From: Eledone cirrhosa
Taxonomy: Eukaryota
Length of the DNA stretch: 64,000 bases
Direction of reading: 5' to 3'
Assembly: GCA_964016885.1 (NCBI GenBank)
Contig: OZ024742.1
Location: 22,382,001-22,446,000 of the forward strand
Each line of letters starts with the position of its first letter. Within the stretch, counting starts at the first letter, position 1. The notes under the pieces are model-generated. The model saw only the letters and a program-made list of their open reading frames with translations, made no database searches and was not told the origin of the DNA. Made by a program: the position numbers and the translations under genes. This document shows, in pieces, positions 29,992 to 44,972 of this stretch.

Positions 29992-30029
29992 TTGCGAGGT
30001 TTTTTATATGAAATCGTGTGTCGAAACAG

Positions 30030-30556
30030 ATATTGTTATATTTGGGGAGGGTCATATTTGCGTAATATTGCCAGAATTAATAACAGAACACACTCACTGT
30101 TTGGTTGGTTTTCGCTTCTCGCTGTCTTTTATATATATATATCTGCGATCTAACTTACTCGGTCCTCAATGTTGCCATTGACTGACCGGCGGTCAAAAAT
30201 AAAATAATACAGATACAATATAGACAAACACATATATATATAGTTTACATAAATCTTTCGTTGCACATCTGCAACATCGTCAGTGGTGTTACATTCATTG
30301 TTCCTCCTGTTGTGTTGTATGTCTACGCCATTTTTTTTTGTTCAGTCCGTCTATATATTTATTTATTTGTTTGCTTGTTTGTTTATCTTATTTTACTTTG
30401 TCTTCTTTGCGCATGCGTTTGCGTGTGTGATGTGTGACTAGTGTGTATAGTGTTGTGTCTGCTGGGTGACTAGTGTGTGTTTATGTGCTTGTGTATGTAT
30501 TTATTTATCTTATTTTATTTAATTTAATTTACTTATTTATTTATACTTCTCTTAGG
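30030..30556 (-). repeat. Left inverted arm (inverted pLTR) of PLE-1
   Basis: Reverse complement of 33499-34026; the only difference I spotted is T9 vs A10 in one homopolymer. Confidence 0.95.
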
Positions 30557-30562
30557 AACCCT

Positions 30563-33514
30563 ATGGAATGCAAAACTGAACTGGAAAAGTGTTTCACAAA
30601 AATACGTTGGAATGCAAAGGTAAACAACAACAACAATAATAACGGTAGTAGTAATATAAACAATAACTCTGGGTATAGAAATAACAGCCATAACCATAAC
30701 AATGGCAGGAAAGTGAGAAATAGTGATAATGGTAATAATACTAGCGATAGACAGAACAACAACAACCACAATAATAATAATAATAGAAACGTTAACCACA
30801 GACACAGCAACAGTGACCACAGTAGTAATAACGGTAACAATACGAACAACAACAACAACAATAACCACAGTGGTAATAATGGAAATAGTACATGTAGCAA
30901 CATCAACAAAAACAAGAAACATAATAATAGTAACAACCACAATGGTAGAAATAGCAGTAACAACAACAACAATAACGGTGAAGTAAACAACAATACATCT
31001 AGCAATCATAACAATAATAATATTAAAGCTAATGATAGAAACAACAACAACCACCATGATAATAATAATAGCAACACACACAACTATGACGATAGAAATA
31101 ACGACAACCCCTTAGAGAAACTATTTTTCAACCCAGCTGACAAAACATATAAGATGGGTAATATCTATCCTACGAGGTTACCCTTTAATAAAAGAGTTTG
31201 CATACCACAACAAATAGATGACGAGACGGAGGCACAGTTCACCATAGCTAGAAATAAGATTAGACAAGTAGTAGACAGGTACACTATGAGACAGAGCAGA
31301 CCAGAGGCCCAACAACTTGGGATAAAACCTGTAGAAGGCTTGGTTAGCCTCAAGCAGCGCACAAGGGATGGTGAGGTAGTGTGTCTACCCACAGATAAGT
31401 CTGGTAGGATGTCAATAGATAGCATGCCGAACTACATCGAGGCAATGCAACCCCACATCACCAACACGAGCGAAGTTGCACAACTAACACACGATGGGAG
31501 AGAAAAAATCCTCAACGCTCACATGATGATGTGGACTGACATCCTAAAGCCAAGCAGACGCACTGCCAACAACTTCCAGGCGTCTAACAATGGCATACCA
31601 CCCTTGTATGGGCTCCGCAAAGACCACAAGACAGTCGACGACCCGACAACAGGACCACCAACAAGACCTGTATGCGGAGCTAATATAGCTAGCAACTACA
31701 GGATCTCCTACTTCCTCTCAATGGTTATACGCCCCATAATCAAGATGTCCCCAGATGTATGTGAAAGTACAGAGGACCTCCTCAGCAGAATCAGTGAGTG
31801 CAACAAAAACAGGAGCCTATCCAACTGCATAATAGGCAGCATGGATGTGGTGTCACTGTACCCATCCATTAACATTGATTTTGCTGTGAAAAGATGTGTG
31901 GAGATGATCATTGAGAGTGAGGTGGAGTTCTGCGACGTCGACACAGACGAACTGGGCCTCCTACTTAGACTTACCTACGACACTGACTACCTAGACAGCC
32001 ATGACCTTAGACGTTTCTGCCCTAGTAGACCTATAAGAGGTAGACCCCCCACCATAACCTCAATGGCTAAAAAGACTCCCATAGGAAGGTGGATTGGGTG
32101 GACCAAAGCTATACGGACCCCCCAAAACACTGATCAGGTAAGAAAAATGGTCGCACATGCAATAGGGGCTAGTATCAAAACTACCCTAAAGGGCCACATA
32201 TTTAAGTTCAATGAGAAAATCTACACCCAAAATGAGGGAGCAGCCATCGGCGTCAGCATAGCTGGCGATGTTGCCAACCTTTTCATGGTATGGTGGGAAA
32301 GGAGACTTAAAGATCTCCTTAATGAAAGCTCCATAGACCTCATCATGTACTCTCGTTATGTAGACGATATCAATATAGTTATAAGAACACCCCCACTAGA
32401 GAGCACTAACAAGTTTGATTTAGAACGTAGCACGATGGAAAGCATCCAGCAGATAGCTAATTCCATACACCAGAGTATAACTGTAACTATAGACTTCCCT
32501 TCCAAACACCCTAACAATAGACTACCTGTATTAGACACAGAACTCTGGATTAACACTATAGACGAGAGAGCCCAAATTCTCCACTCACACTATGCTAAAC
32601 CCATGGCCTCCAAATACCTGATACTCAAAAACTCAGCAATGTCCAGTAGTGCTAAGTTTAATATTCTGATCGCAGATTTGGTACGAGTGATGAAGAATGT
32701 GTCCAGCATGTGCGACCCAACAGAAATGGAAGGACACATCCAACACTTCATCAACCGCATGCAGTTCTCTGGCTACAACCAAAGAGACAGAGTCAGAGTA
32801 TACGAAGGAGCCATGGAAAAGTATAAGACCCTCATAGAACTGGACATGAAAGGAATTTGCCCACTATACAGGAGCAAATCATGGAATAGCTTAGATAGGG
32901 CTAGACATAAGATAGGGAAGGCCACATCATGGTACGACAACCAGAGATATCAGAGTGTCATGTTTGTGGACGCCACCCCTGGAGGGAAATTAGCTAACCA
33001 GTGTAGAAAGGCCCTGAGAAAGACCCACTTAAAAATAAAGGTGGTAGAAAAGCCAGGAACCACCATAAAATCCCTGATCAGCAAAACCTACCCTTTTAAG
33101 AAAACCCACTGTACCAATAGGAAATGTATCATATGTAAGGTGAACCCCCGGATAAACTGTAAAACTAGAAACGTAGTCTATAGCATAAGATGTACAGAGG
33201 GTACTTGTAGAAACACGACAACAACATACATAGGTGAGACAGCTCGTAGCATAGGTGAAAGGATAGACCAACACTGGGGGGAACTAAAAGGACGAAAAAA
33301 CGGGTCAGTACTATACGAACATGCTAGACAACATCATGACGGTAACATAGACAACATAGAAATTAGAATAATATCTAAACATAGGAATGACCCAGCAGAT
33401 AGGCAAATCAGAGAGGCCAGTGAAATAGAAATTAGAAGACCAAAGCTAAACAGAAAGAATGAGTGGAACAACAACAACACCCAAACAAACAACACTGACC
33501 TAAGAGAAGTATAA
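30563..33514 (+). CDS. PLE polyprotein: Asn-rich region + reverse transcriptase + Cys linker + GIY-YIG endonuclease (983 aa from the first ATG; probably N-terminally truncated)
   Basis: RT motifs TDKSG, LYGLRKDHK, TRPV, SMDVVSLYPSI, GAAIG, YSRYVDD (YVDD 32357-32368), PVLD; linker C-x4-C-x2-C-x7-C; NVVY...YIGET..R...H...E...LN. No internal stops. The first 28-30 aa of the track ORF (from 30473) come mostly from the inverted arm. Confidence 0.93.
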   Translation: MECKTELEKCFTKIRWNAKVNNNNNNNGSSNINNNSGYRNNSHNHNNGRKVRNSDNGNNTSDRQNNNNHNNNNNRNVNHRHSNSDHSSNNGNNTNNNNNNNHSGNNGNSTCSNINKNKKHNNSNNHNGRNSSNNNNNNGEVNNNTSSNHNNNNIKANDRNNNNHHDNNNSNTHNYDDRNNDNPLEKLFFNPADKTYKMGNIYPTRLPFNKRVCIPQQIDDETEAQFTIARNKIRQVVDRYTMRQSRPEAQQLGIKPVEGLVSLKQRTRDGEVVCLPTDKSGRMSIDSMPNYIEAMQPHITNTSEVAQLTHDGREKILNAHMMMWTDILKPSRRTANNFQASNNGIPPLYGLRKDHKTVDDPTTGPPTRPVCGANIASNYRISYFLSMVIRPIIKMSPDVCESTEDLLSRISECNKNRSLSNCIIGSMDVVSLYPSINIDFAVKRCVEMIIESEVEFCDVDTDELGLLLRLTYDTDYLDSHDLRRFCPSRPIRGRPPTITSMAKKTPIGRWIGWTKAIRTPQNTDQVRKMVAHAIGASIKTTLKGHIFKFNEKIYTQNEGAAIGVSIAGDVANLFMVWWERRLKDLLNESSIDLIMYSRYVDDINIVIRTPPLESTNKFDLERSTMESIQQIANSIHQSITVTIDFPSKHPNNRLPVLDTELWINTIDERAQILHSHYAKPMASKYLILKNSAMSSSAKFNILIADLVRVMKNVSSMCDPTEMEGHIQHFINRMQFSGYNQRDRVRVYEGAMEKYKTLIELDMKGICPLYRSKSWNSLDRARHKIGKATSWYDNQRYQSVMFVDATPGGKLANQCRKALRKTHLKIKVVEKPGTTIKSLISKTYPFKKTHCTNRKCIICKVNPRINCKTRNVVYSIRCTEGTCRNTTTTYIGETARSIGERIDQHWGELKGRKNGSVLYEHARQHHDGNIDNIEIRIISKHRNDPADRQIREASEIEIRRPKLNRKNEWNNNNTQTNNTDLREV

Positions 33515-34018
33515 ATAAATAAGTAAATTAAATTAAATAAAATAAGATAAATAAATACATACACAAGCACATAAACACACACTAGTCACCCAGCAGACAC
33601 AACACTATACACACTAGTCACACATCACACACGCAAACGCATGCGCAAAGAAGACAAAGTAAAATAAGATAAACAAACAAGCAAACAAATAAATAAATAT
33701 ATAGACGGACTGAACAAAAAAAAAATGGCGTAGACATACAACACAACAGGAGGAACAATGAATGTAACACCACTGACGATGTTGCAGATGTGCAACGAAA
33801 GATTTATGTAAACTATATATATATGTGTTTGTCTATATTGTATCTGTATTATTTTATTTTTGACCGCCGGTCAGTCAATGGCAACATTGAGGACCGAGTA
33901 AGTTAGATCGCAGATATATATATATAAAAGACAGCGAGAAGCGAAAACCAACCAAACAGTGAGTGTGTTCTGTTATTAATTCTGGCAATATTACGCAAAT
34001 ATGACCCTCCCCAAATAT

Positions 34019-34026
<8 letters not shown>
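33499..34026 (+). repeat. 3' pLTR of PLE-1 (overlaps the last codons of the ORF)
   Basis: See left arm; contains a hammerhead-like motif. Confidence 0.95.
33765..33812 (+). ncRNA. Minimal hammerhead-like motif in PLE-1 pLTR (antisense copy at ~30245-30290)
   Basis: ca-CTGACGA-t-gttgca gatg tgcaac-GAAA-gatt-TA-tg; core boxes and 6-bp stem II are clear, stems I and III are weak; hammerheads in PLE pLTRs are established. Confidence 0.6.
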
Positions 34027-34072
<46 letters not shown>

Positions 34073-34790
34073 ATGGAATGACCAGTTGAGGTTTATATTT
34101 CAACATAGTCCCCGGAAATAAACAATGTAGAGTTATTAATAAGAAGAGCTGCGATTAATGCAAGATTTCTAAGCTCTAGCATCACCTTTTCATAGTCAGC
34201 GTATGAACCTTTCAGCCTACTCTCGTATATTTCATGAGAAGGCTGTCCTGTTGGTGAAACAATTGGGCACTCATGGTTGACACTGAAGAAAGATCCAACT
34301 ACGACAACAAGAAAATGCTAGAGAGCAAGACCTGTGAATCAGGTTTTCCATCACCAAACATAATAGCTAGCTTGAACTCCGTCAAGAATTGGAGTATAAT
34401 GAAATATTTGATGGTGACATCTGGTTGTGATGGTGGGTGGGTGATGGAGTTAGGGAAATACCTGAATGTATCCCCTCTCATTTACTTATAATAGTGAGTG
34501 ATGGGGAGAGCGTGAGACACGGAGGTAGTGAGTGAAAGAGAGAGAGATCAACTCTTATTTACGTATTTGACTCTACATTAATCCTACATACAGACATTTT
34601 CAGAATGACAACTGGAATCTAAAGTTTAGCCTGGAGGGTTGATAAATGTGTGGGTGAAAGGGAAAGAGAGAGGGAGAGATAGAGAAAGAGAGTGATAACA
34701 GAAAGGGGAAGATAGAGAGAGAGAGTAAGAATGAGAAAAAAGGAGAAAATGAAAAGGTGAGGTTTGAGAGAGATATAGATATTAAGTACC

Positions 34791-34837
<47 letters not shown>

Positions 34838-34875
34838 CTGTCTGTCTGTCAGTCTCCCTCTCTCTCTCTCTCTCT

Positions 34876-34913
<38 letters not shown>

Positions 34914-34981
34914 GAGAAAACGGATGTTAAATGTTGACAACACACACACACGTGCACACACACACACACACGCACACAAAC

Positions 34982-35012
<31 letters not shown>

Positions 35013-35420
35013 GAGAAACACATAAACACACGTGCACCCCCGCCCCCACATATATATATATATATAGTTACTTAAGGTTTATACTGTTTTAGATGTGAGA
35101 AAAATTAACTTGTGTCTGCGAGTCTGTGAAATATTCACAAAGGATGTGTTAATTGCAATTTGAAGCTGTAGAAATCCACAATTGATATTTGAAAAGTTCT
35201 TAACGGAAGATAATACCATTTTCAAATTATCTCTTGCAACCTGCTGATTGGTTTCGATTTATGGTCATACCATCAAGCGAACGACGCTAACTCTGGAAGT
35301 GAGCCAGAGGCGAAATTCGAAGGAAACTTTCAATTCGACTGAACCATCGAATGTTGGCTTCAAGTAAATAATTTACAAAATTACAAAAAAACAAATAACA
35401 AAATTAGAAGACAAAGAAAG

Positions 35421-35494
<74 letters not shown>

Positions 35495-35667
35495 ATAAAT
35501 ATATATAAATATATATATGTGTGTGTGTGCGTATATGTATATATATATGTATGTATATATATATATGTATATGTATACATATATGTATGCAATGTATACA
35601 TATATATATATATATGGATATATCTATATACTATACATATGTATATATGTATATATATATATATGTA

Positions 35668-35807
<140 letters not shown>

Positions 35808-35949
35808 ATAGGAAAAAAGTTATAACCCCGACGGCAGAGCTCAAGCCGTTTCGACAGCTATTTCTGGACTGAAATATATGTATATATATATATATGTATA
35901 TATATATATGTATATATATATGTATATATATGTGTATATATATATATGC

Positions 35950-36161
<212 letters not shown>

Positions 36162-36533
36162 ATATATCCATATATACTCACATAATTTAGAATATAATAT
36201 AAGAGCATTACAACGTAACTAGTATCGAATTCAAAGAAAGCCAGACATTAGAATGGTGCCACACAGAGAACGGACATTGGTTTTTAAATAACAACTTGGA
36301 ATTTAATTTAAAATTTCACAACACCATTGAGATTAGCTTTTTTGAAATTTATCTTTTCATGTCATTTTACTGTACTTGGTAGAATAATCTGACATACATA
36401 CACGCACACATACACGCATACATACATGCATACACACATACACACACACATGTATATATACACACACACATATATGTATATATACATTTATATGTATATA
36501 CATACACATAAATATATTCATACGAACACGCAT

Positions 36534-36581
<48 letters not shown>

Positions 36582-36582
<1 letters not shown>

Positions 36583-36790
36583 ACGAAGGAGTTGAGGTAA
36601 GGATCCAGATGGACCATAACGCACCATAGTACTCCATACTTAGAGTAGTAGAGTGGGTAATAGGAAAAAGTTTAACCCCGACGACAGAGCTCAAGCTGTT
36701 CGTTTAGACGGCTATTTCTGGACTCAAATAGTCCAAAAATAGCCGTCTGGTGCGTTATGGTCCATATGGTTCTTTACCACAATTCCTTTG

Positions 36791-36792
<2 letters not shown>
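36582..36792. repeat. TA-embedded dispersed repeat: antisense copy joined to a sense tail (fold-back)
   Basis: atggaccataacgcacca (~36609-36626) vs tggtgcgttatggtccat (~36748-36765); central hairpin agacggctatttctggact-caaat-agtccaaaaatagccgtct. Confidence 0.75.
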
Positions 36793-36861
<69 letters not shown>

Positions 36862-36980
36862 TGCATACATATATTTTTAATGCGATGATATACCAATGAT
36901 GGTTGGAAAATCACTGACGAAGGACTATTTTTATCATATGTAACCCATGTGCAAACCACGCAGTATTCTTCTTTCTTCTC

Positions 36981-37028
<48 letters not shown>

Positions 37029-37035
37029 CATGCAT

Positions 37036-37132
<97 letters not shown>

Positions 37133-37211
37133 ATATATATACACACACATGCATATATCTACATATGTATGCCTGTACATATATAATCTCTCTCTCTATA
37201 TATACATGCAA

Positions 37212-37286
<75 letters not shown>

Positions 37287-37768
37287 CAACTTAGTAAGGG
37301 GTGAGCTGCCTTTTAGGTTCTTAGAATGCTATAAACCTAGATTTAAGTTGGAATATGTAAAACTTACAGAGTGTTTATGGTACTATTTACATTAAATATA
37401 CAATCTAAATATTAATATAATATGAAGTTATCTATATAGAAATGAATAGTGTTTGAAGACGTGCTGCATAGTGATTCATGTGTTGGTTCGCCATCATAAG
37501 GTTTGATTCCTGGAGCGACTGGTATAGCTTGTCTTTGTGTAAGCTGGAAGATGAGCATCTGTAACAGCGGAGAGGATTATCATTGTATAGACTGGTGTCC
37601 CCTCCAGTTGATGGGAGTTTTGTACACTCTGTCGCTTTACACCAAAACACCATAAAACTGGGATAAAATCAGGCTTCGTGAATCTCTAAGCTTAATATAG
37701 ACTTTACTAAAGAATAATACTACTGTCTTTTTTAACTACAATAACGATATATAGTTTAGTATAAATGC

Positions 37769-38082
37769 ATGGCAATGTCCCGAAATTTCTACTGGAGTCG
37801 TAGAGGCGCCATATTAGCATACGGCCTTTCTAGGGTATATTTAAACGTGGAGGAGCTCATCCCTCTCCAGGTATGAGTACTGCAGATTTCTTCCGCAGAA
37901 GCATAGAGAGTGAGAGAGGGGAAGGGAGAAATACATTTAGAGGAAGAATCGACCCCACGACTTCTTTTTTATCGGCCTTGAAAGGATGAGAAGCAAAGTT
38001 GACCTCGGCAGGATATGAACTCAGAGAGCAGAGAGTCGAAATGAATACCGACGTTCTAAGGACTCTGCAAAGTCACCGCCTT
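37769..38082 (-). mobile_element. tRNA-derived SINE with Meta-like core and a different 3' tail; 14-bp TSD
   Basis: Antisense core aaaggatgagaagcaaagttgacctcggcaggatatgaactc; tttagtataaatgc at 37755-37768 and 38083-38096. Confidence 0.8.
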
Positions 38083-39415
38083 TTTAGTATAAATGCCATG
38101 ACTTGAAATAAATTTCCTGAAAAACTTTAGCTAGTAAAATTAATATTTCTATCAGAGTAAAATTAACTGATTATATTGTAACTAATATTTTTGACAGTTT
38201 TTAATTAAATTAACCGTCAAAACACTCATATTTGTTACAGCAAAATTATAAACTAATAATTATAAAAGACCATATAAAAATAAACTTGGGAATACATTCT
38301 AAATCAGCTAGAGAATGGATGAGCTGACACAAATATAACTTTATATCCAAAAAAAAAACTGAAGAAAAATGTAAAGAGTGTGAGTAACGTTTCATAATTG
38401 TCACAGCTTACGTAATGATCAATACTGTCTGGTAAAGAATATAAAACCAAGTTTAAAGATATTTGCAATAAAACTAGAGAAATGTGACTGGTTAACTCGA
38501 TAGAGTCTTCTAGACATCTGACGTTCGTATTCAATAACCAATTGTTTACTAAATAGTTTCTAGATAAATCACTCCAACGAATAAGTTAACAACGTTAAGA
38601 AGTTCGCTTTTCAATAAGTACCTGATCAGATCATATTGTATGGCATCTGGGACAGGGCAGGATTTAATGAGGGAGGAAGGGGGAAATTGTCCCAGGGCCC
38701 CTATAGTGGGGTGGGAGGCTACAATGACGACCGTAGCAATTTATTTGTGCCTTCAGCTGGGCTTTTTAGTTTTAGGATGGTTAGATGTTTTTAATTTAAT
38801 ACCTGTATGTATAACTTTTCAATTCCGAATACTTGTGCCATGTTAACTTTGATATGGAAAATTGGGGTTTGGTGTGTATTCTAATGTTTGTGTGTATGAG
38901 CCCCCTCCCCCACCAAACCTGAAGTGCTCTGGGTCCCATGGTCTGAATCGAAACCTGATCTGGGGAAAGTGTCACCTCGGTTAGACTGTACCTGTACATA
39001 CACACTCATGCGCACACACGTACTCATATATAATGGATGATCGTATTTAATGTCCGTTAAAGGTTCTTGGCACTACCATTGTTACCATCGCTTTCCTCTA
39101 GTCATGGGGCTTGGAGACATGAACCGAATGCTACCATTCTATTTTATATCAATGTGAACTGCTATTTCTAATAGCCATCTTTTCACCCCTTGATAATTTG
39201 TGTGTGAGACACGTTGGCTGAATGCTTCTGACAGGAACTAATAGATGGATTCTTTTTAGCTTCCCGTCCCCACGTAAAATTTGTAAATCAGTGGCTAGTT
39301 GAGAGATAGAGTCCTATCGGTTGCCAGTTAATCGCTTTACCGTGTCGGTTGTCACAAACAGTCATGACCGGCACGGGCCGGTGTTTGGATTATGTCGATC
39401 GATTGGTTATTGATT

Positions 39416-39538
39416 AGGTGATACCCGCTGATGAAGCCACATAAGCCGATTGTGCATTGTTGCATAATATATGCAGACAGATGGTGCAGTGCACCTTACT
39501 GATGCATTAGTGCTGCAGAAACTCGAGTCCGGGAACCT
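39416..39538 (+). ncRNA. Type I hammerhead motif with ~80-nt, probably branched, stem II
   Basis: aggt.ata.cccg-CTGATGA(39428-39434)...GAAA(39518-39521)-ctcgag-TC-cggg.a.acct; GUC cleavage triplet, palindromic ACTCGAGT stem III, cccg/cggg and aggt/acct stem I. Confidence 0.6.
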
Positions 39539-39677
39539 TATAGGCACCCGTTTTACGTGTGTTGTGTTGAGGCAAATAACTATATGTATACTCTGGTAAT
39601 GTATCTTACATTGCCCAGTGAGTGCGCTGAGATACAACCGGTACTGGCATTGATAAATATGCTGGGTCCGTCAACCC

Positions 39678-41214
<1,537 letters not shown>

Positions 41215-41248
41215 ATATACACATACATATATATATATATATATACAT

Positions 41249-41337
<89 letters not shown>

Positions 41338-41349
41338 TATACATATACC

Positions 41350-41640
<291 letters not shown>

Positions 41641-42239
41641 TGGGTTATAGCCGTGAAATATATTGGGTAAAACATTACTTCATTTTGTTTTCTTTGTCAT
41701 TCTTTGCCACCCTTGTTCCACACACAATGTCACTCTTAATCACCCCAAGAATTACGATAATGGTACACGTGTCTGTAGAATGCTCAGTCAATTACACATA
41801 ATTCCATGAGTAGACTGTTCCGTAGATCGGACAACGGGAACGATCATCGTCGAAACAGACGGAGTTCAACTCCATATCTCCACCATCAAGTTTTATATAC
41901 GTTCAATATAGAGTTGTTTTGGAAATATTATATATCTTTCGTCACTGCAAGTTGACGAATCACTCGTCAATTGCACAATGTTACCACTGCTTATTATACC
42001 ACTGCTTATATTACTGTGATTGTTAACTGTTAAGTGATCAATGTATTTCCGGTTCATCGATCAAAGGAACAAACAACTTATTCAGGAAATTAATGTCAAG
42101 TGGCTGCGTATTCAACAGACACATGTACTTTTAATATAATTCTTAGAATGATTCAAAGTGACGCAATAAGTGACAAAACTGGTCCTTTGAATTACAAGTA
42201 CAGTCTATATTTTCAGTCATCTCCACATTAGGAGTTGAA

Positions 42240-42600
42240 GAGGCTTTACCTAATCATATCTTCTTCTTTGCACACTTATTTGTGAGAGGGTCGTGGAGGC
42301 AGAGTCCTCAAACACATCTTCCTGCGGATCCTGTCAGAAGCAACTGTCTCCAGTTGATCCGGCTGGATCTCTAAGCGAGACCAGCCGAGTTCGTGGATAT
42401 TATCTAACCATCTTGCTCGTGGTCTATCCATGGGTCTCTCACTGGTTAGTTTTGCCCGTAAAATCTGTTCAGCCATTCTTTCCTTTGATATTCTAACCAA
42501 ATGTCAGTAATATCGGAGCTGTGACCCCTCAATTCGGAGAATTAGTGCCTCTACCTGGAGCGGCACTTTCCTGAAACATTCTCACCAGGCACCTTATCAT
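42240..42600 (-). pseudogene. 3' fragment of an RTE-clade LINE
   Basis: Minus-strand peptide SQLRYY*HLVRISKERMAEQIL...RPMDRPRARWLD...VASDR matches the RTE C-terminal pattern QLRW.GH..RM...R....G.R..GRP..RW.D. Confidence 0.75.
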
Positions 42601-44422
42601 ATTTGTTGGAGAAGTTCCTTTTCAGAGAAAGAGAAGATATTTAAATTTTGAATTTAAAATTTACAACTTACGAAAAGAAAAAAAATGGCTTATAGCCATG
42701 TGATGTTCGTAACTGGAGCGATTTTATAACAATCGTAACAAACGAACGATGTGCTGTAAGGTTTGTCTCTCATTCGAAATTTCCTATATAAATGTGTTCA
42801 ATTTTCCCACATTACCAATGTTCGTCAGTAAGAATACTCGGTGTGTTGAAGAGATTTATGCGGAAAACAGTCGCTGATTTATAAACTTAAAATATATATA
42901 GTTCATTGCAACAGTTCTTTGTTAGTTATTTATCTTCTATGTTGAACATAACGACGGCACTGACTGAAAGTCGTACATCGAAGCAATCTGTGACATTACC
43001 TACGTTTACTTGAGTTAATGATGTATTATTTTCACTTTCTACATCTGGAAAATATAAAATAAATAATACCGACACGATATTTGATGCCTTAAATATATTT
43101 AATTCTTGCACGCAATGTCATGTTAAAAATGTATCTACCTTATTGCTTCACTGAGCTGTTGTCTTGTTCTATGATCATTTGATCTACCCGAGAAATAAAT
43201 TGATCGTTGATGCTAGATTTAATTCTTCTATCGCTCTCATTAATCCATTTAATTCACCTTGCTGGGAAAATTGCGAAAGAAGCTGTGTAATCTATACTTA
43301 CTGCAATGAACATTTGATTTTACAGCATAACATATCATATATCTGATTGGTTTCTATTTTGCGTATCAGGAAGATCGATGAGTAAATCTCGTTAATTAGG
43401 ATGTAGGATTCATCTATGTGATGACTGGTACAAAGCTTTCCTGTGAGGAAATAACACAGAGGATATTTAAAATCATATCAATAATTTCATGTAAATTTTA
43501 TGTATTTAGCAATGAAACTATGATTTAAATTTATCCTCCAATCTATTTGAGATTATTGCAACACCTTTGCAGAGAGATACTTCAATAATCTGAACTGGGT
43601 TAAGGGAAAAGGACTATTTACTATCATTAATGATAGCAAATGACCCCCCCCCCTAAACACTTTATAATAGACCAAGCAGCAGCGATATTCCTCTCAGCCT
43701 TCCAGCAACACTTATTTGAAAGAACAGCAACCGTGTATTGACCTTCATCGATTATTTGTCAAATTCTAGACGAACGGAAATTAATATTTGATTGAACAGT
43801 TGACTCAGCAATATTCAATGGTAAACATTACTTGATGCTAAACCATAAACTACTCCCCTTATAACTCCAATTCACCTGCCGATCATCTCCGAATATTAGT
43901 ATAAAAATTTTAATTCCTCCCAGTTAACGTTAGTCTATTGCAAAATAACGTTATTTTTGTTTTCTTCAGTGATTCTATTACTTGGAAGCAGGTGGAACCA
44001 GTCTTTCTGCTATGAATAACTAGACGAATAAAACACCAACATACATAGTTTATATCGATTTTAAAAAAGTATGCTTTGAAATAATGCTTTTAGAGTAGGA
44101 TAAAGGGTTTTAAATCACCGGTTTTTCTCATTTTGAAATTTCTTTTGTAGATAACACGCTTGATAGAATCAATCGCCTGACGAAAAAAAAATCAATAGAA
44201 GAGAGAATTCAGTTATCTATAGCTATAAAGTACTTAACACGATGTTTAGTTCTGACGGAGAGTCTATGTTAGTTTAGTGGTCATAGCATACAGACTGATA
44301 ATTATACAATCCCCGTTAGAAATACTGATATCAATTGAAGAATGTGAAGATATAGTTTTGTAAATGGCTCAAGATATCTTTTCGTTTATGAAGAGAATGA
44401 ACTGTGATTACACACACAGACT

Positions 44423-44542
<120 letters not shown>

Positions 44543-44662
44543 CACACACATAGAAATATAATTACAGTTCCAAATACATACATACGCACACATGCACACA
44601 CAAATATATATATATATATATACATAAACATATAATTACAGTTTCTTATATATACATACACA

Positions 44663-44694
<32 letters not shown>

Positions 44695-44743
44695 AACACA
44701 TATATAATTACTGTTCCATATATATACATACATTAATATAGAT

Positions 44744-44777
<34 letters not shown>

Positions 44778-44797
44778 GTGTGTATGCGTATGTGTGC

Positions 44798-44853
<56 letters not shown>

Positions 44854-44909
44854 ATGTATACATATACACACACATATATATACGCATATATGTGTGTATA
44901 TATGTATGA

Positions 44910-44972
<63 letters not shown>

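Noticed and set aside
30473-30562. Hydrophobic N-terminus (signal/TM-like) of the 1013-aa ORF
   Set aside because: Encoded by the inverted pLTR arm (same peptide starts the 33334-33582 minus ORF); not native coding sequence
34230-34480. Possible host exon
   Set aside because: Short ORFs on both strands with no recognisable domain or clear splice sites
35103-35155. ttgtgt-CTGCGA...GAAA-tat-TC-acaa degenerate hammerhead
   Set aside because: Core box has a deletion and there is no stem II; insufficient support
42795-42836. Minus-strand CTGACGA-acatt ggt aatgt-gg-GAAA hammerhead-like string
   Set aside because: No UH site followed by stem I complement; may be decayed or chance
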